Both the position numbers and the translations under genes were made by a program. Positions 63,541 through 64,000 of a DNA stretch of 64,000 bases are shown piece by piece. A model generated the notes under the pieces. The model was not told where the DNA came from and made no database searches. It saw nothing but the letters and a program-made list of their open reading frames with translations. Origin of the DNA: Phycisphaerae bacterium (lineage in GTDB: Bacteria > Planctomycetota > Phycisphaerae > UBA1845); NCBI GenBank assembly GCA_963666835.2, contig CAXXGO010000006.1:1184001-1248000 (forward strand), written 5' to 3'. Numbering within the stretch: the stretch's first letter is position 1; every line of letters begins with the position of its first letter.

Positions 63541-64000
63541 GTGGATCGCCATATACAAACTGTTTTGGTGATACTGATCGCCGCTGACGCCGGCTTGTCG
63601 CTGTGTGTCGGGTGCGGTACCCAAGTAGGGATTGCCGCGTCACCCGCCGACGTTTATGTCGAGGTCGGTGATACGGCGGACATTACCGTAGTGGCGGTAA
63701 TGGACATCGGCGCGGCCAGGACCGTGTCATCGCCACTGACCCTGGGCTCCAGCGATGAGACGATTGCGGCGGTGTCTGATGAGGCCGTAATCGGCGTTGC
63801 AGAAGGTGAGGCCGTCGTGGCGATCAGCGACGGGACTTTCAGCACGACGGCCGTTGTTCATGTGGTAGCGGTGGGAACGCTGCCCGATAACCTTGTCGTC
63901 ACTCCGACTTCGGTCGTCTGTGATACGGAATCAGGTGACACTCAGTTGAAGGTCTTCGCGATCTTCGCCACCGGAGCGACTGAGGACGTTACGGATCAGG
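63541..64000 (+). CDS. Bacterial Ig-like (Big-2-type) domain lipoprotein, truncated by the window end (not in the ORF track)
   Basis: RBS GAGGAG plus GTG, open to the end. Translates MDRHIQTVLVILIAADAGLSLCVGC...SSDETIAAVS...GVAEGEAVVAI...QLKVFAIFATGATEDVTDQ. Confidence 0.8.
   Translation, partial: MDRHIQTVLVILIAADAGLSLCVGCGTQVGIAASPADVYVEVGDTADITVVAVMDIGAARTVSSPLTLGSSDETIAAVSDEAVIGVAEGEAVVAISDGTFSTTAVVHVVAVGTLPDNLVVTPTSVVCDTESGDTQLKVFAIFATGATEDVTDQ

Overview
GC-rich (roughly 60-65%) bacterial DNA whose gene content points to Planctomycetota, probably Phycisphaerae (inferred from prepilin/H-X9-DG protein, kinase-TPR fusion, dockerin-like C-termini, IPTL-CTERM proteins). Left end (1-11.6 kb): two paralogous secreted IPTL-CTERM proteins interleaved with a ~116-bp palindromic MITE/REP-like element, a membrane Ser/Thr kinase-TPR protein, a nested inverted-repeat element, a radical SAM protein, a prepilin-like plus zinc-ribbon gene pair, pcm and a DUF62 SAM hydrolase. 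Centre (11.9-42.2 kb): a co-oriented ~30-kb flagellar cluster (TPR protein, FlgN-like, sensor-less kinase and sigma-54 activator, flgBC-fliEFGHIJ-motE-like-fliK-flgDE-flbD-motAB-fliL-fliN-fliOPQR-flhBAF-flhG-orf-fliA-orf), followed by dapF. The cluster has no fliM, and its FliN carries five tandem copies of a FliM-type CheY-P-binding peptide. Right end (43.4-64 kb): a 1997-aa repetitive adhesin-like protein, a TSP3/P-domain protein, an EF-hand-like tandem-repeat protein heading a TolC-MFP-MacB-type ABC operon, a CpxAR-like two-component system with a shared upstream motif suggesting a local regulon, and a truncated Ig-domain lipoprotein. No rRNA, tRNA, CRISPR array or transposase was recognised. 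All calls come from visual motif recognition, with no database searches.
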